Shown here piece after piece: positions 63,617 through 64,000 of a stretch of 64,000 nucleotides of DNA. The notes under the pieces were generated by a model that was not told the origin of the DNA, did not search any database, and worked only from the letters and a program-made list of their open reading frames with translations. A program made the translations under genes and the position numbers. How positions within the stretch are numbered: the stretch's first letter is position 1; each line of letters starts with the position of its first letter. The stretch covers positions 2,610 to 66,609 of the forward strand of contig DASUDL010000047.1 of NCBI GenBank assembly GCA_036275615.1. Direction: 5' to 3'. Source of the DNA: Solimonas sp. GTDB taxonomy: Bacteria > Pseudomonadota > Gammaproteobacteria > Nevskiales > Nevskiaceae.

Positions 63617-64000
63617 ATGAGCGAATCCGAGACCCTGACGCGGACCCAGAAGATCCTGCGCGCCATCGAGCCGCTGATCTATGCCAAGCGTGCCTTGACC
63701 ATGGGCGTCCTCCTGGTCATCACCGTGTTCCTGCTGTACCACATGCTGCAGATCCGGCGCGATGCCGGCTTTGACAAGTCGATCCCGCTTGAGCACCCGT
63801 ACATGCAGGTGCTCAAGCAGTACATGGCCGACTTCGGCGGCGCCAATACCGTGCTGGTGGCGCTGATCCAGAAGGAAGGCAAGGGCGACATGTACAACGA
63901 GGCCTTCCTTACCTCGCTGAAGACAGCCACCGACGAGGTGTTCTTCCTGCCCGGTATCGACCGCTCGCGTGTGTCCTCGCTGTTCACGCCGGACGTGCGC
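63617..64000 (+). CDS. RND/MMPL family transporter, N-terminus (3' truncated)
   Basis: open frame from ATG 63617: TM, DAGFDKSIPLEHPYM, FGGAN, VFFLPGIDR..V.SLFTP. Confidence 0.85.
   Translation, partial: MSESETLTRTQKILRAIEPLIYAKRALTMGVLLVITVFLLYHMLQIRRDAGFDKSIPLEHPYMQVLKQYMADFGGANTVLVALIQKEGKGDMYNEAFLTSLKTATDEVFFLPGIDRSRVSSLFTPDVR

Overview
This is a very GC-rich, gene-dense chromosomal segment of a gammaproteobacterium; the gene content suggests Nevskiales/Xanthomonadales affinity (inference). It holds about 70 CDS, mostly housekeeping: ggt-exbB-exbD-exbD-tonB, xth, prlC, gpmA, coq7, holA-proA-nadD-rsfS-rlmH, rsmI/lpoA-yraN-gmhA, minCDE, fpr, fadD, purC, rpe, trpE/trpGDC, crp, speD, bamD/rluD-pgeF, and the start of a DUF1302-DUF1329-YCF48-RND cluster. 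I saw no rRNA, tRNA, CRISPR array, prophage or transposase. The main signals are: (1) a rearranged Anbu / alpha-E / circularly permuted ATP-grasp / transglutaminase-amidoligase system split into three transcription units, each preceded by a sigma54-type -24/-12 element, with a kappa-class GST-like gene in the middle; (2) two homologous unannotated Trp leader peptides before trpE and trpG, the second able to base-pair over the trpG ribosome-binding region, suggesting translational attenuation; (3) a 269-bp MITE inserted exactly into the TAATG stop/start overlap of trpG-trpD, which supplies a new stop codon and a Shine-Dalgarno; (4) a LemA + GIDE-like/EF-hand membrane pair; (5) an RsfS with a histone-H1-like tail; (6) a phasin locus with tandem PhaR-like operators. 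All family assignments come from motif recognition by eye, not from database searches.
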